A stretch of 64,000 nucleotides of DNA from Candidatus Sericytochromatia bacterium. GTDB lineage: Bacteria > Cyanobacteriota > Sericytochromatia > S15B-MN24 > UBA4093. The stretch is from the NCBI GenBank assembly GCA_036676495.1, contig JAKFCT010000047.1:32001-96000 (forward strand). The letters run 5' to 3'. The first letter of the stretch is position 1. Each line of letters begins with the position of its first letter. This document shows positions 27,071-35,891 of the stretch, piece by piece. The notes beneath the pieces are model-generated. The model was not told where the DNA came from and did no database searches. It was given only the letters and a program-made list of their open reading frames with translations. Both the position numbers and the translations under genes were made by a program.

Positions 27071-28798
27071 ATGCCTCCGAACCTCCTGGTCCTGTGCGTC
27101 GATCAGTGGCAGCGCCACATGAAGTGGCCCCCCGGCTTTCGCTTACCGGCCGTCGAGCGCCTCGAGGCGCAAGGCGTCTCCTTCGATCGCTACTACTGCA
27201 ACGTCCAGATCTGCACGCCCGCGCGGGCGACGATGTGGACGGGCCTCCATGCCAAGCAGGTCGGCCTCTGGGACAACACCAACTTCGCCTGGATCCAGGA
27301 GCTGTCCCCCGAGATCGTGACCGTCGGGGACATGCTGCGCGAACAAGGCTACTACACCGCCTTCAAGGGGAAGTGGCACCTCTCGAACCTGCCGCTCGAC
27401 GAAAACGCGCTCGAGCCTTACGGCTTCTCGGACTACCAGCAATGGGGCGAGATGTACGGCAAGCCGCTGGAAGGGGAACTCGCGGACGATACGGCCGCCT
27501 TCGAGACCATCGACTGGCTGGAGCACCGGGGCGCCCGGCTGAAAAAGCCTTGGATGCTCGTCTGCAGCCTGCTCAACCCCCACGACATCATGTTCCTCCA
27601 GTCGGATCCGCTCGAGACGCCGCACCCGAACGGGATGATCCACGGCATGCAGTCCCGCGTCCAGCAACTCGGGTGGTTCCAGAAGGACTGGGAGGTCGAT
27701 TTGCCGGAGAATTTCGACGACGACCTCAGCCGCCAGCCCTATGGCGTCAGACACTTCAAGGAGTTCGTCGACCTCAACTACGGGCGGATCCCCGATGAAA
27801 GGCCCGATCTCTGGCGGGTACGCCGGAACTACCTCCTCAACTCCATGCGGCTCGTCGATCGCGAGTTTCAGCGGATCCTGGAGACGCTCGATCGCCTCGA
27901 CATGTGGAAGGACACAATCGTGATCCTGACGGGCGATCACGGCGAGATGAACGGCGCGCACCGGATGGCCCAGAAGGGCGCCATCACGTTCGACGAGGCC
28001 GGCATCGTCAACCTGACCGTCTGCGTTCCCGGCGGACCGCAGGGCCGGCGCACGGCCGCCGTCGGCTCGCACCTCGATCTCGTCCCGACCCTGCTCGCCT
28101 TCGCGGGCATGACCCCGGAGGCGATCGCCGCACGCTACCCCCAGCTGAAAGGGCGCAGCCTGAAGGACGTGATCCTGAACCCCGACCTCGACGGCCCGCA
28201 CGGTAGCACCAAGCGGCCGGGCGACGGCGTGCTGCTGGGCTGGGAAGGCCTGCACCAGCTCGACAACGACTGGGCCATCTCCGGCGCGCTGTGGGCCCTC
28301 ACGGACCTGTCCCTGGTCGGACGCGACGAAACGCCGGAGGCGCTCCAAGCACGCCTGCGGGCCGCGGGCGAGCGGTACGGCGCGCCTGACTTCAGCCGGC
28401 GAACCTTCTTCCGGGCCGTCATGGACGGTCGCTACAAGTTCGTGCGCTGGTTCAGCCCCCAGGAGTACACCCTGCCGACCAGCATCGAGGCCTTGTACGC
28501 CACGAGCGACGTGGCCCTCTACGACCTCGCGGAGGATCCCGGTGAGCTGGAAAACCTGGGAGATCCCCGCCATTCCCGGCACGATCCGGAGCGCGTCACC
28601 CGCATGCTCGCCAAGCTGAACGCGCTGATCCGGCAAGAACTGGGGGAGGACCAAGCGCCGTTCGACCTCGATCTCTTCGGCACGCGCGAGGTGAAGTACC
28701 GCCAGCCGGACTCCTCGCTCCGGGTCTCCTGGGCTCCGCCGCAACCCGAACCCAGCCGCCACGAGGGGCGCCCCCCGCATGAAAGGGCGGACGAATGA
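27071..28798 (+). CDS. Formylglycine-dependent sulfatase
   Basis: PNLLVLCVDQ, CTPAR (CxPxR), GKWHL, NPHD, GDHGEM. AAAGGAG RBS. Confidence 0.9.
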   Translation: MPPNLLVLCVDQWQRHMKWPPGFRLPAVERLEAQGVSFDRYYCNVQICTPARATMWTGLHAKQVGLWDNTNFAWIQELSPEIVTVGDMLREQGYYTAFKGKWHLSNLPLDENALEPYGFSDYQQWGEMYGKPLEGELADDTAAFETIDWLEHRGARLKKPWMLVCSLLNPHDIMFLQSDPLETPHPNGMIHGMQSRVQQLGWFQKDWEVDLPENFDDDLSRQPYGVRHFKEFVDLNYGRIPDERPDLWRVRRNYLLNSMRLVDREFQRILETLDRLDMWKDTIVILTGDHGEMNGAHRMAQKGAITFDEAGIVNLTVCVPGGPQGRRTAAVGSHLDLVPTLLAFAGMTPEAIAARYPQLKGRSLKDVILNPDLDGPHGSTKRPGDGVLLGWEGLHQLDNDWAISGALWALTDLSLVGRDETPEALQARLRAAGERYGAPDFSRRTFFRAVMDGRYKFVRWFSPQEYTLPTSIEALYATSDVALYDLAEDPGELENLGDPRHSRHDPERVTRMLAKLNALIRQELGEDQAPFDLDLFGTREVKYRQPDSSLRVSWAPPQPEPSRHEGRPPHERADE

Positions 28799-28842
28799 GC
28801 ACGGGAACCGCGGGGAGGGGCCGGCGGCGATCGCCCACCCGC

Positions 28843-28871
28843 TTGACGCCAAACACTGTTCGGCTTATAGT
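28843..28871 (+). promoter_or_regulatory. Sigma70-like promoter with overlapping operator ccaaacactgttcgg
   Basis: TTGACG-17nt-TATAGT. Operator at 28849-28863 nearly identical to 29510-29524. Confidence 0.75.
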
Positions 28872-28878
28872 CTGGAGT

Positions 28879-29484
28879 ATGGCAAACGAAGCACCGCGCG
28901 ATCGAAAGCGCCACCGCAGCCGCTCCCACATCCTGGCCGCGGCGCGCGAACTCATCCTGGAGAAGGGGGCCGAGGCCCTCTCCTTGCGGGAGGTGGCGGC
29001 GCGCGCCGGCTACAGCCCCGCCAGCCTCTACGAGTATTTCGACGGCAAGGACGACCTCGTCGCGACCCTGGTCGCCGAGTCCCATGCGCGTCTCAATGCC
29101 CGCATGCGCGCCCTCCCCACGGCGCTTCCGCCCCCCCGACGGCTGATTCGCCTGGGCCAGGCCTACCTGGCCTTCGCGCGCGAGAACCCCGAGGACTTCG
29201 CCCTCTTCTTCGGACGCACCCCCTCGAAACGTCAGGCCGCAGCCGACCCCGTCACGGGAAGCGCCTACGAGGTCCTTCGCGACGCGGTGGTCGCGGGCCT
29301 GGAGGACGGCACCATGAGGCCCGAAGCGGGAGGGGATGCCGAGGAAATCGCCTACGGCTTCTGGGCCCTGGCCCATGGGCTGGCGACCCTGCAACTCACG
29401 CATCTGCGGGGCTTTCAGGCGGACTTCGAGGCCGCGGACCTCCGGGCCCTGGAAACCTACGTGGCCGGCCTCATGCCGCGCTAG
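28879..29484 (+). CDS. TetR-family regulator
   Basis: ILAAARELILEKG...LSLREVAARAGYSPASLYEYF; WALAHGL. Confidence 0.92.
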   Translation: MANEAPRDRKRHRSRSHILAAARELILEKGAEALSLREVAARAGYSPASLYEYFDGKDDLVATLVAESHARLNARMRALPTALPPPRRLIRLGQAYLAFARENPEDFALFFGRTPSKRQAAADPVTGSAYEVLRDAVVAGLEDGTMRPEAGGDAEEIAYGFWALAHGLATLQLTHLRGFQADFEAADLRALETYVAGLMPR

Positions 29485-29509
29485 GACGGCTCTTTTTATT
29501 TACGCAAAA

Positions 29510-29524
29510 CCGAACACTGTTCGG
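29510..29524. promoter_or_regulatory. Second operator copy ccgaaca-c-tgttcgg
   Basis: Perfect 7-1-7 palindrome just upstream of the RBS of the next gene. Confidence 0.75.
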
Positions 29525-29537
29525 AGAAAGGACCGGT

Positions 29538-31043
29538 ATGACCCCGACCTGGTTTCGTTTCTGGTTGTTCCTGGGCGCAGGCCTGCTGATCGCCGCCCAA
29601 ATGCGCTGGCCCGTCTTCCTCGCAGGCTGGCTCGCTCCGCTGCCCTTCCTGATCGCCCTGCGGCACCGCCGCACGGCTCGACAGGGCTGGGAATGGGTAG
29701 CCGTCTACATGCTCGCCTGGGTTGCGGCGACGCTCAAGATCATCACCCCGCCCCTATCCCCCTTCATGGCCTTGGGCTTCGCCCTGCCCATCGGCCTGAT
29801 TCACATGCCCGCCTTCTGGCTCTGGGATCGCCTGGTCCGCAAGGGGCAGCACGCCTGGGCGATCCTGGCGTTCGCGAGCGCCACCGCGGTGCTGGAATGG
29901 CTGCAAGCGACCTTCACCCCGCTGACGTCTTGGGGAGCGAGCGCCCTCACCCAGCTGGACAACCTGCCGCTCCTGCAACTCGCCGCACTCGGTGGCCTCC
30001 CCCTGCTGGCCCTCCTGTTGAATGCGCTCCCCGCCACGCTGGAGTGGGCCGGTTCGCGCGCCTTCGATCGGCGTAGCCGCTGGGCGCTGGCCCTGTTTGG
30101 CCTGCTGTTCCTGGTCGCCCATGGCTGGGGAACGCTGCGCCTGGCGACGCCGCTTGCCGGCCCTCAGGTGCGCGTGGCCGCCGTGGCCACTGACGCGCGC
30201 TTCTCGGGCCCGCCCTTACCCGGTGCCGCCGAGGTGAAGCAATTCGAGCGCACCCTCTTCGAGCGGACCGAAAAGGCGGCAGGAATGGGCGCGCGGCTGG
30301 TGGTCTGGCCCGAAGGCTCCACCTTGGTCCAGACTTCCCAAGAAGCCGAGTTCCTGGCTCGGGTCTCCGAACTGGCCCGCCGCCTGCATGTCGAGCTGAT
30401 CGCCGCTTACGTCGTCCCGCTCTCGGATCAGCCCTTCCGGTACGAGAACAAATACCACTGGTTCGACGCCGAAGGGCGGGACCGCGAAACCTACTTCAAG
30501 CACGTGCCGGTGCCTGGCGAGCCCGCGGTGGCCGGCACGAGCCCACATAGGGCCCACCAGGCTCCATGGGGGCGCATGGCCGGGGCCATCTGCTACGACT
30601 ACGACGTGCCGCCTCTCGCCCGAACGCATGCACGCCTTGGAGTGGACCTGGTCGCCCTACCCTCCTCCGACTGGGCCGGGATCGATCCGATTCACACCCA
30701 GATGGCCGGGATCCGGGCCATCGAAGGAGGCTTCTCGCTGCTTCGCTCGACCCGCTTGGGCCTCTCCGCAGGGATGGATGCCCATGGCCGCATGCGTGCA
30801 TGGATGACGGACCTTGAGCCGAACGAGGGAGTCATGCTGGCCTCCTTACCCATGCAGCGGCTGGCGACCCCCTACAGTCGCTTGGGCGATTGGGTGATCG
30901 TGCCGAGCCTCGCCGTGCTCACCCTCGTCTTCGGACGGCTCTGGACCATGCGGCGGCGCCGGTGGGGGGCACGCGTCGCGGATCTGGCCCCTGAGCGCGC
31001 CGCCCTGGAGCCCGCCCAAGGCGGACGGCGCCCATCCGTTTAG
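29538..31043 (+). CDS. Membrane-bound nitrilase/CN-hydrolase family protein (Lnt-like)
   Basis: N-terminal TM helices. Glu-Lys-Cys triad in VWPEG, YFKHVPVPGE and AICYD. Confidence 0.85.
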   Translation: MTPTWFRFWLFLGAGLLIAAQMRWPVFLAGWLAPLPFLIALRHRRTARQGWEWVAVYMLAWVAATLKIITPPLSPFMALGFALPIGLIHMPAFWLWDRLVRKGQHAWAILAFASATAVLEWLQATFTPLTSWGASALTQLDNLPLLQLAALGGLPLLALLLNALPATLEWAGSRAFDRRSRWALALFGLLFLVAHGWGTLRLATPLAGPQVRVAAVATDARFSGPPLPGAAEVKQFERTLFERTEKAAGMGARLVVWPEGSTLVQTSQEAEFLARVSELARRLHVELIAAYVVPLSDQPFRYENKYHWFDAEGRDRETYFKHVPVPGEPAVAGTSPHRAHQAPWGRMAGAICYDYDVPPLARTHARLGVDLVALPSSDWAGIDPIHTQMAGIRAIEGGFSLLRSTRLGLSAGMDAHGRMRAWMTDLEPNEGVMLASLPMQRLATPYSRLGDWVIVPSLAVLTLVFGRLWTMRRRRWGARVADLAPERAALEPAQGGRRPSV

Positions 31044-31065
31044 AAGCCCGTCACCTCAGCCCCCT

Positions 31066-31113
31066 CGAGACAGAGCCACCGACCTTGAGTTTAGGGTCGG
31101 TGGCTCTGTCTCG
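31066..31113. terminator. Long perfect stem-loop (19-bp arms)
   Basis: cgagacagagccaccgacc ... ggtcggtggctctgtctcg. No clear U-tract. Confidence 0.7.
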
Positions 31114-31133
31114 TGCGCACGCTTGCTTCGAAC

Positions 31134-31178
31134 TTGCCTCTTTCCCACCCATGTATTACGATTCACCATATAGTGAAT
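31134..31178 (+). promoter_or_regulatory. Promoter with ArsR/SmtB-type operator
   Basis: TTGCCT-17nt-TACGAT, overlapped by the dyad ATTCAC-catata-GTGAAT (31161-31178). Confidence 0.7.
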
Positions 31179-31217
31179 TGATTGATTCGTGTCACCATGT
31201 CGAGCAGAGGTTTCTCG

Positions 31218-31859
31218 ATGAAGAACCAGACCAACGTGACCAAGTACCGCATCCTTGCCCCCATATACGACCGCCTCATGGGGCATCGCCTCTTTCGTGC
31301 GGCCAGACGGCGCGCGATCGGCCTCCTGGCGATCGCCCCCCGCGATCGCGTTCTGCTTGTCGGGGTTGGTACGGGCGAGGACTTGCCGTTTCTTCCTCCG
31401 ACGGCCAGCGTCGTCGGGATCGACCTCTCCGAGGAGATGCTCGCGGTCGCGCGCGCGAAGTCCCCCGCCGTCGAGTTGCGGGTCATGAACGCCGAAAAGC
31501 TGGAGTATCCGGAGTCCTCGTTCGATAAAGTCGTCCTCAACTTGGTGCTGAGCGTCGTCGAACATCCCGAGCAAGCTCTGGCGGAGGCCCTGCGCGTCCT
31601 CAAGCCGGATGGCCGGATCGTCGTTTTCGACAAGTTCCTTCCGGCGGGCGAAACGCCCCCATGGGCCCGGCGGATGCTCAATGTCATCACCTCATGGGTA
31701 GGAACCGACATCAATCGGCGCTTTGATGACCTGAGTAGAGGGCTGCCACTGCAGAAGGTGTCGAGCGAACCCTCCGTCTTCGGGGGAAGCTACCAGCTCA
31801 TCCTGCTTGGTAAGCGCAACACCCCGGTCTCACGACCTGAAGCCACGTCCCCTCGCTAG
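31218..31859 (+). CDS. Class I SAM-dependent methyltransferase (PmtA-like)
   Basis: YRILAPIYD, VGVGTG, GIDLSEEML, LSVVEHPE...RVLKPDG. Confidence 0.85.
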   Translation: MKNQTNVTKYRILAPIYDRLMGHRLFRAARRRAIGLLAIAPRDRVLLVGVGTGEDLPFLPPTASVVGIDLSEEMLAVARAKSPAVELRVMNAEKLEYPESSFDKVVLNLVLSVVEHPEQALAEALRVLKPDGRIVVFDKFLPAGETPPWARRMLNVITSWVGTDINRRFDDLSRGLPLQKVSSEPSVFGGSYQLILLGKRNTPVSRPEATSPR

Positions 31860-31880
31860 GGCGCGATCAAGGAGCGGATC

Positions 31881-32249
31881 ATGCAAGACACCAAACCCAG
31901 CGCGGATAGCTGCGAGATCTCCTACGTCCACGGGGAGACCGTCGAAGCGATCACCGCCGACATGCCCCCTCGAGAAGCCGTCTTCGCGATGGCCGAGACC
32001 TTCAAGCTATTGAGCGATCCCACGCGCCTCAAGCTCGTCCACGCCCTTTCGCGCGGCGAGCTCTGCGTCTGCGACCTGGCCGCAATGCTGGGGGTGGGCA
32101 GCACCGCAGTCTCGAACCATCTCCGGCTGCTTCGGGGCATGCGGCTGGTCAACTACCGGCGCCAAGGCAAGATGGCCTACTACTCACTCGCCGATGGGCA
32201 CATCACCCGCCTGCTGGCCGAATGCCTGGACCACGTCCAGGAACTTTGA
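31881..32249 (+). CDS. ArsR/SmtB metalloregulator (CadC/SmtB-like)
   Basis: FKLLSDPTRLK, ELCVCDLA, VSNHLRLLR, YYSLADGHI...LDH. Confidence 0.92.
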   Translation: MQDTKPSADSCEISYVHGETVEAITADMPPREAVFAMAETFKLLSDPTRLKLVHALSRGELCVCDLAAMLGVGSTAVSNHLRLLRGMRLVNYRRQGKMAYYSLADGHITRLLAECLDHVQEL

Positions 32250-32269
32250 CGCATCGGAGTAAACAACCT

Positions 32270-34396
32270 ATGGCAACGACGTCCACCACGACCCGCTTCC
32301 ATCTCAAGGGGGTTTGCTGCGCAAACGAGGTCTCTCAGGTCGAGCGGAAGCTCTCGACGTTGGAAGGCATCGGCCTGGTCAAGGTCAACCCCGTGAGCTT
32401 CCAGATGACGGTCACCCATGAGACGCCCGTCGAAACCATCCAGCAGGCGATCGGCGACCTCGGCTACACGGCCGAGCCTCTGCGAGGCCAACCGATCGAG
32501 CAAACCGCTCCCCCCAGCTTCTGGTCGCAGCATGGCCAAAAACTGGCGACCGTCATCTCGGGCCTGGCCGCGCTCGCGGGCTGGCTCACCTCCCTTCGGT
32601 GGGGCGAGTCCCATGCCGGGGTCATCGGGCTTTTCGCCCTGGCGACCGGGGTGGGCGGCTTCCAGACCTTCCGACAGGGACTGCGCTCGATCCGGGCGCT
32701 GAGCTTCGACATGAACGCCCTGATGACCATCGGGGTCACCGGAGCCATCTTGATCGGGGAGTGGGCCGAGGCGGGGGCGATCGCCTTCCTGTACGCGGTC
32801 AGCAACGGGCTTGAAGCCGCCGCCATGGAGCGGACGCGGACCTCCATCCGTGGGCTCATCGAGATGGCTCCCAAGACCGCTCGAATCAAGGGGTGCAGCG
32901 GCGAAGCCGAGGTGCCGGTCGAAGAGATCGACCTCGACGACATCCTCGTGGTGCGGCCCGGCGAAAAGATCGCCATGGACGGCGTTGTCCTCGAAGGCCA
33001 ATCCTCCGTCAACCAGGCCCCCATCACGGGCGAGTCGATTCCCGTTGCGAAGACATCCGGCTCCGAGGTCTTCGCCGGCTCCGTCAACGGGGCAGGGGCG
33101 CTGGAAGTCCGCGTGACCAAGCGCGTGGAGGATACGACCCTCGCGCGCATCATCCACATGGTGGAGGATGCTCAAAGCGAGCGTGCGTCGGTTCAATCCT
33201 TCGTCGATCGCTTCGCCATGCGCTATACGCCGGTCGTCATGGGGCTCGCTCTGCTGGTCGCCCTCGTCCCGCCCCTCTTCGGCCAACCCTTGGATGTCTG
33301 GATTTACCGCGCCTTGGCCCTCATCGTGCTGGCCTGCCCCTGCGCGTTGGTTGTCTCGACCCCCGTCGCCCTGGTGGCAGGCATCGGAAATGCCGCCCGC
33401 CATGGCGTCCTCATCAAGGGTGGGACGCACCTGGAGCAGGGGGCGAGTATCCGCGTGCTGGCCTTCGATAAGACGGGCACGCTGACCCAGGGGCGCCCAG
33501 AGGTTCAGAGCGTCATCGCGCTGGGAGGGCGTAGCGACGCGGAGGTCCTGCGCCTCGCGGCATCCGTCGAAGCACGCTCCGAGCACCCGCTCGCGGCGGC
33601 CATCCTGCGCCATGCGGAGCGTACGATCGGCTCGCCTCAAGCAGGACAGGCCTTCGAGGCCATCATCGGACATGGCGCGAAGGCGGAGGTCGACGGACGC
33701 CTCCTCTTCGTGGGCAGTCCCCGCTTCTTCGAGCAGCGGGGAACGGCGCTCGGGGAAGCCGGCGCCCATGTCACGCGCCTTCAAGCGGCCGGAAACACGG
33801 TCGTGCTCCTGGGCGACGAACATTCAGTTTACGGTCTCATCGCCATCGCCGACCCCGTGCGTCCCGAAAGCCGAGCGATCGTGGCGGAGCTCAAGCGAAT
33901 GGGGATCGCCCGGGTGGCCATGTTGACGGGGGACAACGCCCGCACCGCCCAGGAGATCGCGACGCAAATCGGGGTGGACGAGGTCCGGGCCAACCTGCTG
34001 CCCGAAGACAAGGTCGCTGCCGTCAAGGACCTCGAAGCCCGATTCGGGCGCGTGGCCATGGTCGGAGATGGCGTCAACGACGCCCCGGCGCTCGCAACAG
34101 CAAACCTGGGCATCGCCATGGGAGCGGTCGGCACCGACGTCGCCATCGAAACGGCCGACGTGGCGCTCATGAGCGACAATGTCCGACGCATCCCGTTCAC
34201 GATGCACCTGAGTCGCCGGACGATGCGGATCATCCGCCAGAACATCGCCTTCTCCCTGGTGGTGAAGTTCGTCGCCACGGTGCTGGTTTTCCCGGGCTTG
34301 CTCACGCTCTGGATGGCGGTCCTCTCCGACATGGGGGCGACGATTCTGGTCGTGCTCAACGCCCTGCGACTCCTCGCCATCAAACCCGCGGAATAG
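32270..34396 (+). CDS. Heavy-metal P1B-type ATPase (CadA/ZntA-like)
   Basis: N-terminal GVCCANE, TGES, CPCALV, DKTGTLT, SEHPL, GDGVNDAP. Confidence 0.93.
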   Translation: MATTSTTTRFHLKGVCCANEVSQVERKLSTLEGIGLVKVNPVSFQMTVTHETPVETIQQAIGDLGYTAEPLRGQPIEQTAPPSFWSQHGQKLATVISGLAALAGWLTSLRWGESHAGVIGLFALATGVGGFQTFRQGLRSIRALSFDMNALMTIGVTGAILIGEWAEAGAIAFLYAVSNGLEAAAMERTRTSIRGLIEMAPKTARIKGCSGEAEVPVEEIDLDDILVVRPGEKIAMDGVVLEGQSSVNQAPITGESIPVAKTSGSEVFAGSVNGAGALEVRVTKRVEDTTLARIIHMVEDAQSERASVQSFVDRFAMRYTPVVMGLALLVALVPPLFGQPLDVWIYRALALIVLACPCALVVSTPVALVAGIGNAARHGVLIKGGTHLEQGASIRVLAFDKTGTLTQGRPEVQSVIALGGRSDAEVLRLAASVEARSEHPLAAAILRHAERTIGSPQAGQAFEAIIGHGAKAEVDGRLLFVGSPRFFEQRGTALGEAGAHVTRLQAAGNTVVLLGDEHSVYGLIAIADPVRPESRAIVAELKRMGIARVAMLTGDNARTAQEIATQIGVDEVRANLLPEDKVAAVKDLEARFGRVAMVGDGVNDAPALATANLGIAMGAVGTDVAIETADVALMSDNVRRIPFTMHLSRRTMRIIRQNIAFSLVVKFVATVLVFPGLLTLWMAVLSDMGATILVVLNALRLLAIKPAE

Positions 34397-34541
34397 GGCC
34401 ATGACCTGCGGCTGTACCGCCCCCCTGGCGGCAAGGCCCTCGAGGACGGCGGAACAAAGCGCGAGGAGATCCCTTCGCTAGTCGGACGGAGGGTGGCTCA
34501 AGCCTTCGAGCGGGAGCTACCGCAGACGTCGCCCAGTCGCG

Positions 34542-35579
34542 CTAGGCCTTCAGGAAGGCAGAAAACGCCTTGAAGAGTAGGGTTTGAGCAGCATTGGGAA
34601 TCGATTGATTGATCATGCAAGCGCCCGAGATCCGATGGCCTTCTGCGGTGAAGGACCAACACGCGACCGAATAGCCCGGTCCTTCCCCGTTGTGGCCGAC
34701 AACCCGGCCAAATGGCATGGTCTCGACCATCAGGCCGAGGCCATAGCGAGGGTCTCGGCCCAGGGAAACCGCCCCTGGAACCGGGACCGCGGAGAGCATC
34801 TGCCCCAGCCAGAAGTCACCCAGCAAGCTGCCATTCGTCACTCCCTCCATGAGCCTGGCAAGCTCCAGGGCGGTCGAGCGAACAACCCCATGGGAGACCC
34901 AGCCTGGATCGTAGCGCGCAATGAGGTTCTCTCGGTCAGGGCCCCCCTCAAACCCGGGAGTCAAGTCGCTGGCATCGGCACGGCGAGAGGCGAACCGTGT
35001 CTCGGTCAAGCCGAGGGGAACCACGATCCGGGAAGCCAAGCTCTCGTCAGGGGTTTGGCCACCGGCCGCCTCGATGATCCGGCGGATCAGCATGTAGCCG
35101 AGGTTCGAATAGCTCCAACCCTGCCCCGGCGCGAACAACAGCGTCGCGTCCGACAGCAACTCCATGAAACGGCTCGGCTCCCAAGCCGTCTCTGGAGATG
35201 TCCGAACCGCTTGTCGGTAGCGCGACATCCCACCGTAATCCGGCATGCCACTTGTGTGGTTAAGCAGCTGGCGCACGGTAATGGGGGCTAGGACATGTAA
35301 ATCGGGAAGCCAGGCGCGGATAGGACTATCGAGTTCGAGGCGGCCCGCTTCCGACAACTGCAGCGCGAGGGTGGCCAGCACCGACTTAGTGACGCTGTAG
35401 GCATAGAACTTGGCATCGGGTCGTTCCGCCAGCTCGCCAATCCCCACCCTGAACTTGGCCTCGCCATCGACGAGCAAGGCCACGGTGGCTCCAAGCGCGC
35501 CCGTCTCGACCAGCGACTGTTCGAGGAGCGCGTGAAGCGGGATGCTCGATGGATTTACGCGCGGAAACTCGGGGGGCAT
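34542..35579 (-). CDS. Serine hydrolase (beta-lactamase/D-peptidase family)
   Basis: SVTK (SxxK), LLNHTSG, YSN, GHNG. Start uncertain because the frame stays open up to 35708. Confidence 0.88.
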   Translation of the reverse strand: MPPEFPRVNPSSIPLHALLEQSLVETGALGATVALLVDGEAKFRVGIGELAERPDAKFYAYSVTKSVLATLALQLSEAGRLELDSPIRAWLPDLHVLAPITVRQLLNHTSGMPDYGGMSRYRQAVRTSPETAWEPSRFMELLSDATLLFAPGQGWSYSNLGYMLIRRIIEAAGGQTPDESLASRIVVPLGLTETRFASRRADASDLTPGFEGGPDRENLIARYDPGWVSHGVVRSTALELARLMEGVTNGSLLGDFWLGQMLSAVPVPGAVSLGRDPRYGLGLMVETMPFGRVVGHNGEGPGYSVACWSFTAEGHRISGACMINQSIPNAAQTLLFKAFSAFLKA

Positions 35580-35688
35580 CAAGAACTCCTCGAGGACCAA
35601 ACTACGACCGGATACCTGGGTGCCGAATACGCGGCTCCCCTGTCGGTGGGCAAGGGCACCGAGGAAGGGATGGGATAACCGGTGTTGA

Positions 35689-35750
35689 ACGTTGAACCGG
35701 AAGTGCATGACGTTGCACGTATTGTCGGTTCAATGGTTCGAGGGGCCACT
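35689..35750. repeat. att-like junction: copy of ychF 3' end + conserved motif
   Basis: acgttgaaccggaagtgcatgac matches 40241-40263 at 22/23 nt, then N16, then gttcaatggttcgaggggccact. Confidence 0.9.
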
Positions 35751-35891
35751 GTTTTGACCGTGAACGATCCGGCGAATGAGGCTCGCGCCATGGGGCCCTT
35801 CGCGAGCTACAAGCTGCCGAGCCTTGGGGGAGGGGACCATGATAGAATGCGGGGGCGCGCATTCGTGGTATCGGTGTGATTTTGGGGAAAA

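Noticed and set aside
28779-29537. N-terminal extension of the 754-aa ORF overlapping tetR
   Set aside because: Arg/Pro/Gly-rich off-frame read of tetR. The real start is at 29538 after an AAAGGA RBS.
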